From assembly GCA_964492485.1 (NCBI GenBank), contig CAZBKM010000006.1:18932-82931 (forward strand): a stretch of 64,000 nucleotides of DNA, in the 5' to 3' direction. The translations under genes and the position numbers were made by a program. Position 1 is the stretch's first letter; each line of letters opens with the position of its first letter. Below are positions 29,762 through 38,780 of this stretch, piece after piece. The stretch comes from an uncultured Hyphomonadaceae bacterium. Lineage in GTDB: Bacteria > Pseudomonadota > Alphaproteobacteria > Caulobacterales > Hyphomonadaceae. The notes below the pieces were generated by a model. It had not been told where the DNA came from. It did not search any database and saw only the letters and a program-made list of their open reading frames with translations.

Positions 29762-29919
29762 TGTTCGGAGCAAACGGACTTGGTTGCGAACGGACACTTG
29801 CGCAAAAACAATGATGCAAAGCGACGGTCTGGAGTGACATGAAAGGCCGTCGCTTTAATAAAATGCCCGAAAACAAGAGGCTAGCGCATCGTCGCCCACC
29901 GTTGACTTGAAGATGCGCT
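29762..29919 (-). repeat. Mosaic intergenic repeat: module B hairpin + T-rich linker + module C
   Basis: The minus strand reads AGCGCATCTTCAAGTCAACGGTGGGCGACGATGCGCT AGCCTCTTGTTTTCGGGCATTTTATTAAAGCGACGG...CCGTCGC...TGCGCAAGTGTCCGTTCGCAACCAAGTCCGTTTGCTCCGAAC. A further degenerate C tail may lie at 29641-29684. Confidence 0.85.
29855..29919 (-). terminator. Hairpin + T-rich tract 3' of the PQQ dehydrogenase gene
   Basis: AGCGCATC...GATGCGCT stem followed on the minus strand by CTCTTGTTTTCGGGCATTTTATT. It begins 31 nt after the stop codon. Confidence 0.45.
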
Positions 29920-29949
29920 TGCCTGGCGACATCGGGCGAGGCGGTGGGC

Positions 29950-31980
29950 TCATTCCGGGAGGGCGAAGGCGACGAGGTGGTCGCCGATCCGGGTGCCGGC
30001 CCTCGCATGTCCGCCGGCTGCAATCACGACATATTGCCGGCCCTCATGAACATAGGTCATCGGCGTGGCCTGGCCGCCCGCCGGCAGGCGCCCTTTCCAG
30101 AGCGCCTCGCCCGTCTCGACATCGAACGCACGCAGATAGTCGTCCATCGCCGCGCCGATGAAGACCAGGCCGGACGCCGTAATCATGGGTCCGCCAAGGT
30201 TTGGCGTGCCGAGGGGCAGGGCGAGGCCGCCCGGCGCCAGATCGCGGGTGGTCCCGAGCGGACGGCGCCAGACGATTTCCCCGGTGGCCAGGTCTATGCC
30301 CGCCAGGATACCCCAGGGGGGCGGCGAACAGGGCAGGCCGAGCGGTGACATCACCATGCCGCGCTGCATCGCGAAGGGCGCGCCCTCCATGGGCGCCAGT
30401 TCCGATCCGTCCTCGATGCGCTCGGCTGTCGTGCCGTCTTCGGATTTTCGCGTGAGCCGGACGAAGCCGGCCAGGTTGCTCATATTGACCACGAGAAGGT
30501 TCCGCGTCGGGTCATAGGCCGTGCTTCCCCAATTGGCGCCGCCGCCCATGAAGGGATAGGTCAGCGTCCCCTCCTCAGTCGGCGGCGTGTAGAGGCCGTC
30601 GTGTCTATAGGCCCGTAGACGGCGGGCGCAGGCCGCCCGGTCCCAGAGGGTAAGCCCGAACGCATCCTTGTCGGGATCGAGACGGTTGGGAACGATGGGG
30701 GGCGTGCTTGTCGGGAAAGGCTGTGTCGGCGACAGCACCTCGCCCGACACCGCGCCCTGGGGCACCGCCCGTTCCTCGACCGGAAGAAACGGCTCGCCGG
30801 TGTCGCGGTCGAGAACGAAGAGAAGACCCGTCTTCGTGACCTGGGCGACGACATCATGCGGTCGGCCATCCCGCCAGACCTCGTAAAGGCCGGGTTGGGC
30901 GGGCAGATCATAATCCCAGACATCGTGATGCACTGTCTGGAAGTGCCAGACCACCTCGCCCGTGTCGGCGTTCAGTGCCACGACGGCGTTCGCATAGGCC
31001 CCGTCGCCGATCCGGTTGCCGCCGTAATAGTCGGGGCTCGGGCTGGAGGTGGGCAGGAAGACGAGGTTGCGTGAAGGATCGGCCGAGATCGTCGACCACA
31101 CATTCGCATGTCCGGTCCTGAGGCTCGAACCGCCCTGCCAGGTCGCGTGTGCGGGATCGGAGGGATCGGAGGGGATCGGATCGAACCGCCATTTCAGATC
31201 GCCGCTGCGGACGTCGAAAGCAAAGACGGTGCCTTTCGGCGCCTCGGTACGCAGATTGTCGCCGATCGCAGTTCCGGTCACGACGACGTCACCGATGACG
31301 GCGGGTGCAGACGTGATCTGAAACTCGCCAGGCCAGCGCAAGGCAATGTCCGGCTCGATGCGGACCTCTCCATCGCTGCCGAAATCCTCGCAGCGCCGCC
31401 CCGTGGCGGTCGCCAGCGCTATGAGGCGGGCGTCCACGGTGGCGGCAAGGATGCGCGAGGCGCACGGTCCCGCATCGCCATCGTCCGAAGCACGCCAGGA
31501 CGACACCCCGCGGCACGTGAACTGGTTCGCCGGCCGGCCATCGAGCGGCACGCCGGGATCGTGACGCCAGATTTCCCTGCCATTGGACGGGTCGAGCGCG
31601 ATGACCTCATTGAACGGCGTGCAGAAGATGAGCTTTCCCTCGACCAGGATCGGCGTTGCCTGGAACGTCGTCCGGTCGCGAACCGCCGTCCGCCCGTCCA
31701 GGGCTCGCGTTTGATAGGTCCAGGCGACGGCGAGCCCGCCGACCGTCTCCCGGTTGATGGTGCGCGCTGTCGAAAAACGGGTTCCCATGGGGTCCCCACC
31801 ATAGGCCGACCAGCCCTCTCCGAAGGATGGCGGGATGGGGCGCACCACATCGGCTTGCCCCTCGATCGTCAGACGGTCGGCCGAACGCACAAGGCCATGG
31901 ACGGTCAGGCCGCCCAGAAGACTGGCCGATAACACCGTGACGATGGCAACACACGCGAAGAGGACCCATCGGCGACCCAT
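29950..31980 (-). CDS. PQQ-dependent dehydrogenase (glucose/quinate/shikimate-type beta-propeller), single N-terminal TM
   Basis: 676 aa. N-terminal anchor WVLFACVAIVTVLSASLL. Repeated W-containing propeller motifs. GGANWGSTAYDP. Confidence 0.85.
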   Translation of the reverse strand: MGRRWVLFACVAIVTVLSASLLGGLTVHGLVRSADRLTIEGQADVVRPIPPSFGEGWSAYGGDPMGTRFSTARTINRETVGGLAVAWTYQTRALDGRTAVRDRTTFQATPILVEGKLIFCTPFNEVIALDPSNGREIWRHDPGVPLDGRPANQFTCRGVSSWRASDDGDAGPCASRILAATVDARLIALATATGRRCEDFGSDGEVRIEPDIALRWPGEFQITSAPAVIGDVVVTGTAIGDNLRTEAPKGTVFAFDVRSGDLKWRFDPIPSDPSDPAHATWQGGSSLRTGHANVWSTISADPSRNLVFLPTSSPSPDYYGGNRIGDGAYANAVVALNADTGEVVWHFQTVHHDVWDYDLPAQPGLYEVWRDGRPHDVVAQVTKTGLLFVLDRDTGEPFLPVEERAVPQGAVSGEVLSPTQPFPTSTPPIVPNRLDPDKDAFGLTLWDRAACARRLRAYRHDGLYTPPTEEGTLTYPFMGGGANWGSTAYDPTRNLLVVNMSNLAGFVRLTRKSEDGTTAERIEDGSELAPMEGAPFAMQRGMVMSPLGLPCSPPPWGILAGIDLATGEIVWRRPLGTTRDLAPGGLALPLGTPNLGGPMITASGLVFIGAAMDDYLRAFDVETGEALWKGRLPAGGQATPMTYVHEGRQYVVIAAGGHARAGTRIGDHLVAFALPE

Positions 31981-32126
31981 GGGCCATATTCCCCAATTCT
32001 GCGGACTTGCAAACCGGTCCGATCAGAGTCCCGCCAGCACTGCTCTGACCGTTGCCGGCAAGCCGGGGACGCACTTGCAAAGGCCGGGCAAGGGGCGGGC
32101 CGGGCGTGACCGGCCCGTCCGTTGCC

Positions 32127-32759
32127 TCAGTCGTCCCCGTGCGCCCCTTGCTCGCCTGTGGTGCGGCCCGGCTTTCTCGCGACCAGATCGATCAGGGCCG
32201 ACAGGCCGCTATGGCCGGTGCCCTCCTCGATGACCGTGTCGTGACTGCGCAGGTGCAGGCATTCGAGGTCGCCATAGGTCGCCCGAAGCAGGGCCTCGGT
32301 ATACATGTTCTCCGCCCATGGGGGGCCGCCGGTTCCGTTGGCGAGCTGTTCCGGCCGGTAGCCCTGCAGGAGGAGGACGCCACCGGGACGCAGCGCCTGG
32401 GCCAGTCCACGCAGAAGACGGTGCTGGTCCGGCGGACCGGCGAACTGGATGAAGATCGCCACCACCGCGTCATAGGCCGCCTGTGGCCAGTCCCAGTTCA
32501 GAAGGTCGACCTGCTCGAACCGGACGCTCGCGCCCCGGGCGGCCGCCAGGCGGCGGGCCTTGTCCAGCGCAACGGCGGAACCGTCGACCGACACGACGTC
32601 GAACCCCTGTTGCGCCAGCCAGACGCCATTGCGGCCTTCCCCATCGGCGACCGCAAGAACCCGACCGCCTGCTGGAAGATACCGCGCCGCATCCACGAGA
32701 AAGGCATTCGGCGCCGTGCCGAAGACATAGTCATCGGTGGCGTAGCGTTCATCCCACAT
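32127..32759 (-). CDS. Class I SAM-dependent methyltransferase
   Basis: MWDERY... followed by motif I VLAVADGEGRNGVWLA. Confidence 0.8.
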   Translation of the reverse strand: MWDERYATDDYVFGTAPNAFLVDAARYLPAGGRVLAVADGEGRNGVWLAQQGFDVVSVDGSAVALDKARRLAAARGASVRFEQVDLLNWDWPQAAYDAVVAIFIQFAGPPDQHRLLRGLAQALRPGGVLLLQGYRPEQLANGTGGPPWAENMYTEALLRATYGDLECLHLRSHDTVIEEGTGHSGLSALIDLVARKPGRTTGEQGAHGDD

Positions 32760-32972
32760 GCGAGATCCTCCGGCACCCTCAACGCCCGGAGACGCTGTTT
32801 ACAGCCGGTTCGCCACTGACGAAAGCACGCCGCAGGTGACAACCCGCCGCCCCCTGGAGGTTCCTTGGCCCTCCATCGGAGCCGTTGGCCAAAGTCGACG
32901 GGTGCGAGCGAGAGCAGACCGACGTTCGGGTCCGGCACCGCCGGCCCCGCCATGGAGTGTGCCGGGCAGACG

Positions 32973-33995
32973 TCAGACCCGCTCCAGGGCGCGGTCGGGG
33001 CCATGCGGAGCCAGGATCACGCGCCCGACCGCGCGGCGGCCCTCGATCTCGGCAAAGGCATCGCGCCAGGCGTCCAGGCCGAACAGGGCATGGACGCGCG
33101 GGCGTACCGACCCCTCGGCCACCAGGCGCCATACGGCGTCGAGATTCTCCCTGCCCTTCAGCGGAAAGCGGCGGCCATATTCGCCGGCCCGCACACCGAC
33201 CACGGAAAAGCCCTTGATCAGTGGCATGTTGGCCGGAACCTGCGGGATCCGGCCCGAGGCGAAGCCGACCACCAGGAGCCGTCCGTCAAACGCGATGCAG
33301 CGGACGCTCTCGTCGAACACATCGCCGCCCACCGGGTCGTAGATCACGTCCGCGCCGCCCCCCGTAATGGCCTTGACCTCCTCACGGAACCCTGGGCGGC
33401 TCAGCAGGGTCGCGTCGGGGGCATACGCGTCGGCGATCACGGCGAGCTTGTCCTCGCTGGATGCCGCGGCAATCACCTTCGCGCCGAGATGCCGGCCAAG
33501 GTCGACGGCCGCCAGGCCCACACCTCCGGCCGCGCCATGGACCAGCAGCCACTCGCCCGGCTGCAATGCCGCACGGCGCACCAGCGAGACATAGGCCGTG
33601 AGATAGGCAGAGGCGCTGGCTGCGGCGCGGGCAAAATCCAGGCCCGCCGGTATCGCGCGCAGGCCTTCGGCGCGGTAGAGCCCGAACTCGGCGAAGCTGC
33701 CCAATCCGCCGCCGACGACGGCGCTACCCGGTGTCGGCCAGGTCACCCCCTCGCCCACCGCCGTCACGACGCCCGCCATTTCTCCGCCCAGAACGAAGGG
33801 CAGGTCCGGCTTGTGCTGATACTTGCCCTCGGTCATCAACAGGTCGGGGAAGCCGATGGCGCTCGCCATGACCCGCACCTGGACCTGACCGGGACCCGGC
33901 GCGGGCGTCTCGATCTCGCGCACGGCGACGCCGGCATAGCCTGCGGCCAGGTCACGCACCTCAAGGGCCTGCATCTTCGGCGGCACGTCTGCCAT
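32973..33995 (-). CDS. NADPH:quinone oxidoreductase (MDR / zeta-crystallin-like)
   Basis: Start at MADVPPKMQAL. GEMAGVV and LLVHGAAGGVGLAAV nucleotide-binding motif. Confidence 0.85.
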   Translation of the reverse strand: MADVPPKMQALEVRDLAAGYAGVAVREIETPAPGPGQVQVRVMASAIGFPDLLMTEGKYQHKPDLPFVLGGEMAGVVTAVGEGVTWPTPGSAVVGGGLGSFAEFGLYRAEGLRAIPAGLDFARAAASASAYLTAYVSLVRRAALQPGEWLLVHGAAGGVGLAAVDLGRHLGAKVIAAASSEDKLAVIADAYAPDATLLSRPGFREEVKAITGGGADVIYDPVGGDVFDESVRCIAFDGRLLVVGFASGRIPQVPANMPLIKGFSVVGVRAGEYGRRFPLKGRENLDAVWRLVAEGSVRPRVHALFGLDAWRDAFAEIEGRRAVGRVILAPHGPDRALERV

Positions 33996-34070
33996 GGCGG
34001 TCTCTCCCCGGTGTCTCGTTGTGCGATAAGCTGCACCAACCGGGCGCCCGGGCAAGCCCTGACGCCGCGG

Positions 34071-35540
34071 CTACGCGCCGGGGACGGCGGCCGGATCCTC
34101 CCGCGGGGCGGCGGTATCCTGAACCGATCCGCTCGGCCTGGACATGAGCCAGCCCACAAGCAGCGGGATCGCGATCCCGGGCAGCGCCTCGTTGATCTCG
34201 TTGTGCAGGCCGAACACGAACCGCCAGGCAAGCGCGAGGCCGACGCCAAGCGCCATCAGGAAGATGGCCGCCGGCTCGCCAAGCCGCCGGTTGAGCGCAT
34301 AGAGCGCCAGGAGGGGACCGAAGGCGGCCCCCAGGGTCGACCAGGCCAGGATGACCAGGCTGAAGATGCTGCGGCTCTCGGTCAGCGCGAAGGCCAGCGC
34401 CACCAGGGTCGTCAGGGCGGTCGCCGACTTGAGGTAGATGGGCGACTCAAGGCGCCGGGGTGTCAGGTCATGGGTGATCGCGGCGGAGCAGGACAGCACC
34501 AGGCTGTCGGCGGTCGACATGGTCGCCGCGAAGATGCCCGCCAGGATCAGGCCGACGAGCAGTCCGGGCAGCAACTCCACCGCCATGCGCGGCAGCGCCA
34601 GTTCCGGGTCGATCTGCTGCAGGTCCGGCAGATAGATCCGTGCCAGCATGCCCACGCCGGTCGCCAGGAGGTAGAAGAGGATGAAATAGCCATAATACCA
34701 GCTTCGCGCCCGCGTCATCTGGGAGTCGTCCTGCAGGGACATGAAGCGGACCATGACATGCGGCTGGCCGACCACGCAGAAGCCGGCAAACAGCCAGCCC
34801 ATGATGAACAGGCCGACCCCGGCCAGGCCCGTGACCAGCATGTCGCGCGGATAGGGGTCCAGGAAGTCCGGCACCCCGCGCCAGGCTTCCAGCGTGCCCG
34901 ACACCCCGCCCAGACCGGCCACACCGACCACGAACAGGAGGGTCATCGCGACCAGCATGGCGATCGACTGCGCCCCGTCGGTCCAGATGGAGGCGCGCAG
35001 GCCGCCAACGATCGAGTAGATCACCACCATGACGGCGACCGAGGTCGCCCCGATGGCGGGGTCGATGCCGAGCACGCCGTCCAGGGCCTTGCTGCCGGCC
35101 GAGATCTGGGCGGACGCGTAGGCGGCCAGGAACACCACCATCACGACGGCCGCGATGCGGCGCCAGACATTGAAGTCCTCACCATGCCAGCGGGCCATGA
35201 CGCTGGCGAAGGAGGCTTCCTTGGTGATGCCGGTCGCCTGGCGCAGGCGGCGGTGAATGAAGCTCGATCCGAGAAAATCCCCCAGGATCCAGCCGCACAT
35301 CAGCCAGAAGGCCGCCACGCCCTCATTGTAGGTGTAGCCGATCACCCCGATGAACATGTAGCCGGAATTGTTGGTCGCCACGGCCGACAGGCCGGCAAGC
35401 CAGGGATGCACCTTGCGCCCGGCGAGGTAGTAATCCTCGCGATCCCCCGTGGCGATCCGGCCCGACGCCAGGCCGATGCCGAGGAAGACGGCGAGGATCG
35501 CAAAGAAGCTGATGGCGATCTGCAGGGTCTGGTCGGTCAT
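34071..35540 (-). CDS. Sodium:solute symporter (SSS family, PutP-like)
   Basis: YYLAGRKVHPWLAGLSAVATNNSGYMFIG. About 13 TM segments. ATGA overlap with the stop of the upstream MFS gene. Confidence 0.85.
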   Translation of the reverse strand: MTDQTLQIAISFFAILAVFLGIGLASGRIATGDREDYYLAGRKVHPWLAGLSAVATNNSGYMFIGVIGYTYNEGVAAFWLMCGWILGDFLGSSFIHRRLRQATGITKEASFASVMARWHGEDFNVWRRIAAVVMVVFLAAYASAQISAGSKALDGVLGIDPAIGATSVAVMVVIYSIVGGLRASIWTDGAQSIAMLVAMTLLFVVGVAGLGGVSGTLEAWRGVPDFLDPYPRDMLVTGLAGVGLFIMGWLFAGFCVVGQPHVMVRFMSLQDDSQMTRARSWYYGYFILFYLLATGVGMLARIYLPDLQQIDPELALPRMAVELLPGLLVGLILAGIFAATMSTADSLVLSCSAAITHDLTPRRLESPIYLKSATALTTLVALAFALTESRSIFSLVILAWSTLGAAFGPLLALYALNRRLGEPAAIFLMALGVGLALAWRFVFGLHNEINEALPGIAIPLLVGWLMSRPSGSVQDTAAPREDPAAVPGA

Positions 35541-36892
35541 GGCTCGGTCTCCGGCTCCGGGTCGGGCTCGGGGGCGAAGTCGTCGAACAGGTCGAGCTGC
35601 TCCTCCTCCGTGCCGCGAGGGTCAAACTCCGCCACCGCGAAGCTGGTTGCGGGCGAGACGGCGAAGGGCTCCTTCTCCGCCTCGGGCACGGGATCGGTGT
35701 TGACCACGCGCGTGAACATCAGGACGCCCAAGCCTGCCAGCATTACGCTGCAGAAGGCAAACAGGCCCGGCGCGCCGATGGGCAGACTCATCACGGCACC
35801 GGCAAGGGCCGGACCGAGGATCGAACCCAGCCCCCAGATCACGAGAATTCCGGCCATCATGGACGTGGCCTGATCGGACTCCGCCCGGTCTGCGGCATGG
35901 GCCACGGCCACGGCGTAATAGCTGAGCGATCCGCCACCGAAGATCCCCGCCAGGATCAGGAGCCCCGTGCCGGTATGGACCTGGACCAGGAATACCATGG
36001 CCAGCGCGGCGGCCGAACCGATACCCGCCAGCAATGCGATGACCATGCGGCGGTCTATGCGGTCAGACAGCAGGCCCGCCGGCCAGAGCGTCACCATGGC
36101 ACCGGCGAGCAGGGCAGCGTTGAACTCCGCGGCGAACAGATTGGGCCGGCCGGGCTCGATCGAACTGGCGAAGACCGGGTAGAGCTGGGCGACGGCATTG
36201 TTGACGACGCCTGCGATGAAGGCGGAATAGGCTGCCGCCGGTGCATGTTTGAGCAGCTTGCGGGGACCGAACGGGCTGGCCGAGCTGAACACGGGCTGCG
36301 CCTTGTTGGTCGCCGCGATCGGCATCAGGCAGACCGTGAACAGCGCCGCCACCACCATGAAGCCACCCAGTCCGCCGGCGACGCCCGCCACGAGGAACGG
36401 ACCGGTCGCCGCGCCGGCCTTGGACACCAGGTGATAGAAGCTGACGATGGCGCCACGCCGGTGCGGCGGGGAGGCATCGGCGACCCAGCTCTCGCCTGCG
36501 GCCAGGATCGCGGCGAAGCAGAAGCCCAGCACGGCCTGCAGGAGTCCCCAGTAGACGGGATGGGGTCCAAGCGAAAAGGCAAGCGCGGCCAGCGAGGCCA
36601 CGGCCGCAAACAGCGCATAGGACCGGATGTGTCCGATCCGCCGGATCTCGGCCGGCGACATCAGCGCGCCCAGAAGAAAGCCCAGTGCGAATCCCGAGGC
36701 CACCGCGCCGATGGTGGCGCTGGAGGCGCCATTGGCCTTCAGCGTCAGGGCAACGACCACCGCCATGGCAGCGGTGGCCGTCTGCAGACCGGTCAGCCCG
36801 GCAACGACGGCCAGGACATTGCGATACCCCTGAACCTCGTCGCTCAGGCGCACCGCGGCCATGCCCCGGAAGGCGCCGCCGCGCCTGATCAC
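35537..36892 (-). CDS. MFS transporter with acidic C-terminal tail
   Basis: 12-TM-like profile. GTG start overlaps the ask stop (GTGA); alternative ATG at 36862. C-terminus ...EEEQLDLFDDFAPEPDPEPETEP. Confidence 0.8.
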   Translation of the reverse strand: MIRRGGAFRGMAAVRLSDEVQGYRNVLAVVAGLTGLQTATAAMAVVVALTLKANGASSATIGAVASGFALGFLLGALMSPAEIRRIGHIRSYALFAAVASLAALAFSLGPHPVYWGLLQAVLGFCFAAILAAGESWVADASPPHRRGAIVSFYHLVSKAGAATGPFLVAGVAGGLGGFMVVAALFTVCLMPIAATNKAQPVFSSASPFGPRKLLKHAPAAAYSAFIAGVVNNAVAQLYPVFASSIEPGRPNLFAAEFNAALLAGAMVTLWPAGLLSDRIDRRMVIALLAGIGSAAALAMVFLVQVHTGTGLLILAGIFGGGSLSYYAVAVAHAADRAESDQATSMMAGILVIWGLGSILGPALAGAVMSLPIGAPGLFAFCSVMLAGLGVLMFTRVVNTDPVPEAEKEPFAVSPATSFAVAEFDPRGTEEEQLDLFDDFAPEPDPEPETEP

Positions 36893-38331
36893 GCGGCGGC
36901 GCGAAGGTCAGGCGCGTCGTCATCGGCCTCGGGCCCGATCAACGCCGCATGGAGGGCCGCAACGGCCGCCTCGAAATCCTCTTCCGCAACAATGGCCTGG
37001 AGGTCGACCTTCCGTGTCAGCTTGTGCAGCCCCAGAAGCCCGACACCAGCCTCCTTGAGGGCACCGGTCGCGTTCGCCGTCAGGTCCGGCAGGTCGAGAT
37101 TGGAGCCGATGACCGAGACGATCGCCACCTTGCGCATGGTCACCTCGGCCTGCTCGAACACCGCTTCCACCTCGGCGCCCGCGCGCTTGAGCGCCTTGCG
37201 CGAACAATCCACGTAGTGGGTGATGGTGTTCGCGTTGGAACACTTCGTCACGATGCGGATGTTGTGACGGGTGAGGGCCTTGAGGATCTCGGCGTCGTAG
37301 CCCTTCACGCCCACCATGTCCTGTTCGAACACTTCCAGCGCAAACACGCTCGGCAGGCCGGTGACGATCTCCGCGCGGGGATCCTCGGGCACGAACTCAC
37401 CGTCGATGACGGTGCCGGAATCCTCCGGGTCGAACGTGTTCATCACACGCAGCGGGATCTCGGCCTGCCGCAGCCCCTTGGCGGCCTTCGGGTGGACCGC
37501 CTCCATGCCCATGTTCGACAGTTGGTCGGCCACATCATAGTTTGTGCGGCCGATCTTGCGCACATTCTCTGCGCCCACGAGCTTCGGATCGGCGCTGGAA
37601 AGGTGAAACTCCTTGTGGATGATCGCCTCTGCCGCGCCCGTCACGACACCAATGCGGGAAAACGTCACCTCGGTGTATCCCCGGTCGTAGCGCTGCACCA
37701 TGCCTTCGACACAGCTGGCATAGCCGGTCACGATGGGCAGTTCGCGCGACAGGTCCACCCGGGCGAGCGCGTCCTCGATCCGTTCGTCGAGCGACATCTT
37801 GCGGTCGTCGCGCCAGCCGGTGAGGTCCAGGCTGACGGCGTTTACGTCGCGCTGGCGAAGCACCAGGGCGGTGTTGTAGGCCGAATGCGCCTCGCCCAGG
37901 GAGGCCAGCATCTCGCGCACCGTCATCAGGTGCTCATCGAGCCGGAACTGGCCGTAGGAGCACAGGCGATGCAGGTCGATGAGGCAGTTGCGCACCCCTT
38001 CGATACGTTCGCGCACGAAGGCATCGGCCACCTCGCGGTCGGGATGATCCCCGAACACGTCGGCATTCTTCTCCTGCATGGCGGTCGCCACTTCGGAGAG
38101 CGCCTCGCTCCATTCCCACTTGTTCTCGGCGCTCGCAAACAGGCCGTAGACGCCGGGCTTGCCCGACTTCTTGTGCTCGAGCAGCCGGTCGGTGATCCCG
38201 GCATAGGCCGACACCACGAAGATCCGGTTATAAAGCGCGTCGCCCTCGCGCGCGCCAATGATGACATTGTCGAGCAGCGCATCGGTGCGCGCGATCGACG
38301 TGCCGCCCACTTTCTCAACGGTATGGGTCAT
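36889..38331 (-). CDS. ask: Aspartate kinase, ectoine-cluster type
   Basis: MTHTVEKVGGTSIARTDALLDNVI... 480 aa. Lies directly downstream of ectC. Confidence 0.9.
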   Translation of the reverse strand: MTHTVEKVGGTSIARTDALLDNVIIGAREGDALYNRIFVVSAYAGITDRLLEHKKSGKPGVYGLFASAENKWEWSEALSEVATAMQEKNADVFGDHPDREVADAFVRERIEGVRNCLIDLHRLCSYGQFRLDEHLMTVREMLASLGEAHSAYNTALVLRQRDVNAVSLDLTGWRDDRKMSLDERIEDALARVDLSRELPIVTGYASCVEGMVQRYDRGYTEVTFSRIGVVTGAAEAIIHKEFHLSSADPKLVGAENVRKIGRTNYDVADQLSNMGMEAVHPKAAKGLRQAEIPLRVMNTFDPEDSGTVIDGEFVPEDPRAEIVTGLPSVFALEVFEQDMVGVKGYDAEILKALTRHNIRIVTKCSNANTITHYVDCSRKALKRAGAEVEAVFEQAEVTMRKVAIVSVIGSNLDLPDLTANATGALKEAGVGLLGLHKLTRKVDLQAIVAEEDFEAAVAALHAALIGPEADDDAPDLRAAA

Positions 38332-38375
38332 GAGTCTGATCCTTTCTGCCGGCCTCGTTGCCGGCGGCCTCGCGG

Positions 38376-38771
38376 CTAGGCCTCCGTGTCGGCGGGATAG
38401 GCGCCGTCGGGTCCGTGGACTTCGCGTCCGGTCACCGGGGGATTGAATACGCAGGCCATGACCATCTGCGAGCCCTTGTTGGCGCGCAGCTTGTGACGGT
38501 CGTGCCTGTCGAGCGCATACATCACGCCAGGGCGAATGGCGTGGATCTCGCCCGTGGCCAGGTCCTCGAGCTCACCTTCGCCCTCCATGCAGAAGACGCT
38601 CTCAAGATGGTTCTTGTAATGCATCTCCAGATCGGCGCCCTCATGGATCGTCGTGATGTGGAAGGAAAACCCCATCGCATCGTCCTTCAGCAAGAGGCGA
38701 ACCGACGTCCACCCGTCGCTGTCGACTCTCCGGTCGGTCTTCAGCGCCTCGTTCAGGTCTCGTACGATCAT
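38376..38771 (-). CDS. ectC: L-ectoine synthase
   Basis: [16 protein letters not shown]...[22 protein letters not shown]...[17 protein letters not shown]. Confidence 0.97.
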   Translation of the reverse strand: MIVRDLNEALKTDRRVDSDGWTSVRLLLKDDAMGFSFHITTIHEGADLEMHYKNHLESVFCMEGEGELEDLATGEIHAIRPGVMYALDRHDRHKLRANKGSQMVMACVFNPPVTGREVHGPDGAYPADTEA

Positions 38772-38780
38772 GGGGGTCTC

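Noticed and set aside
32005-32081. Exact 9-mer ACTTGCAAA twice (32005, 32073) upstream of the PQQ dehydrogenase, and exact 12-mer CCGCAGGTGACA at 23020 and 32830
   Set aside because: A back-of-envelope estimate gives on the order of 100 chance 12-mer matches in a 64-kb window, and far more for 9-mers. The 68-nt spacing does not fit the N4 ScfR-type operator.
32865-35873. 1002-aa plus-strand ORF, the longest in the track
   Set aside because: It is antisense to the quinone oxidoreductase, SSS and MFS genes, which have clear family signatures. Its composition (runs of R, G, H, A, D) is typical of a high-GC antisense frame. The same reasoning applies to 10960..12879(-), 13853..15559(-), 19436..20773(+), 21153..22631(+), 35897..37216(+), 36949..38379(+), 38358..40100(+), 43626..45281(+), 47587..49560(-), 49863..51890(-), 54038..55690(+), 55817..57355(+) and 61226..62506(+).
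38332-38375. Missing ectD (ectoine hydroxylase) between ectC and ask
   Set aside because: The gap is only 44 bp, and no ORF in any frame of the cluster shows the 2-oxoglutarate/Fe(II) dioxygenase signature. The cluster is ectABC-ask, not ectABCD-ask.
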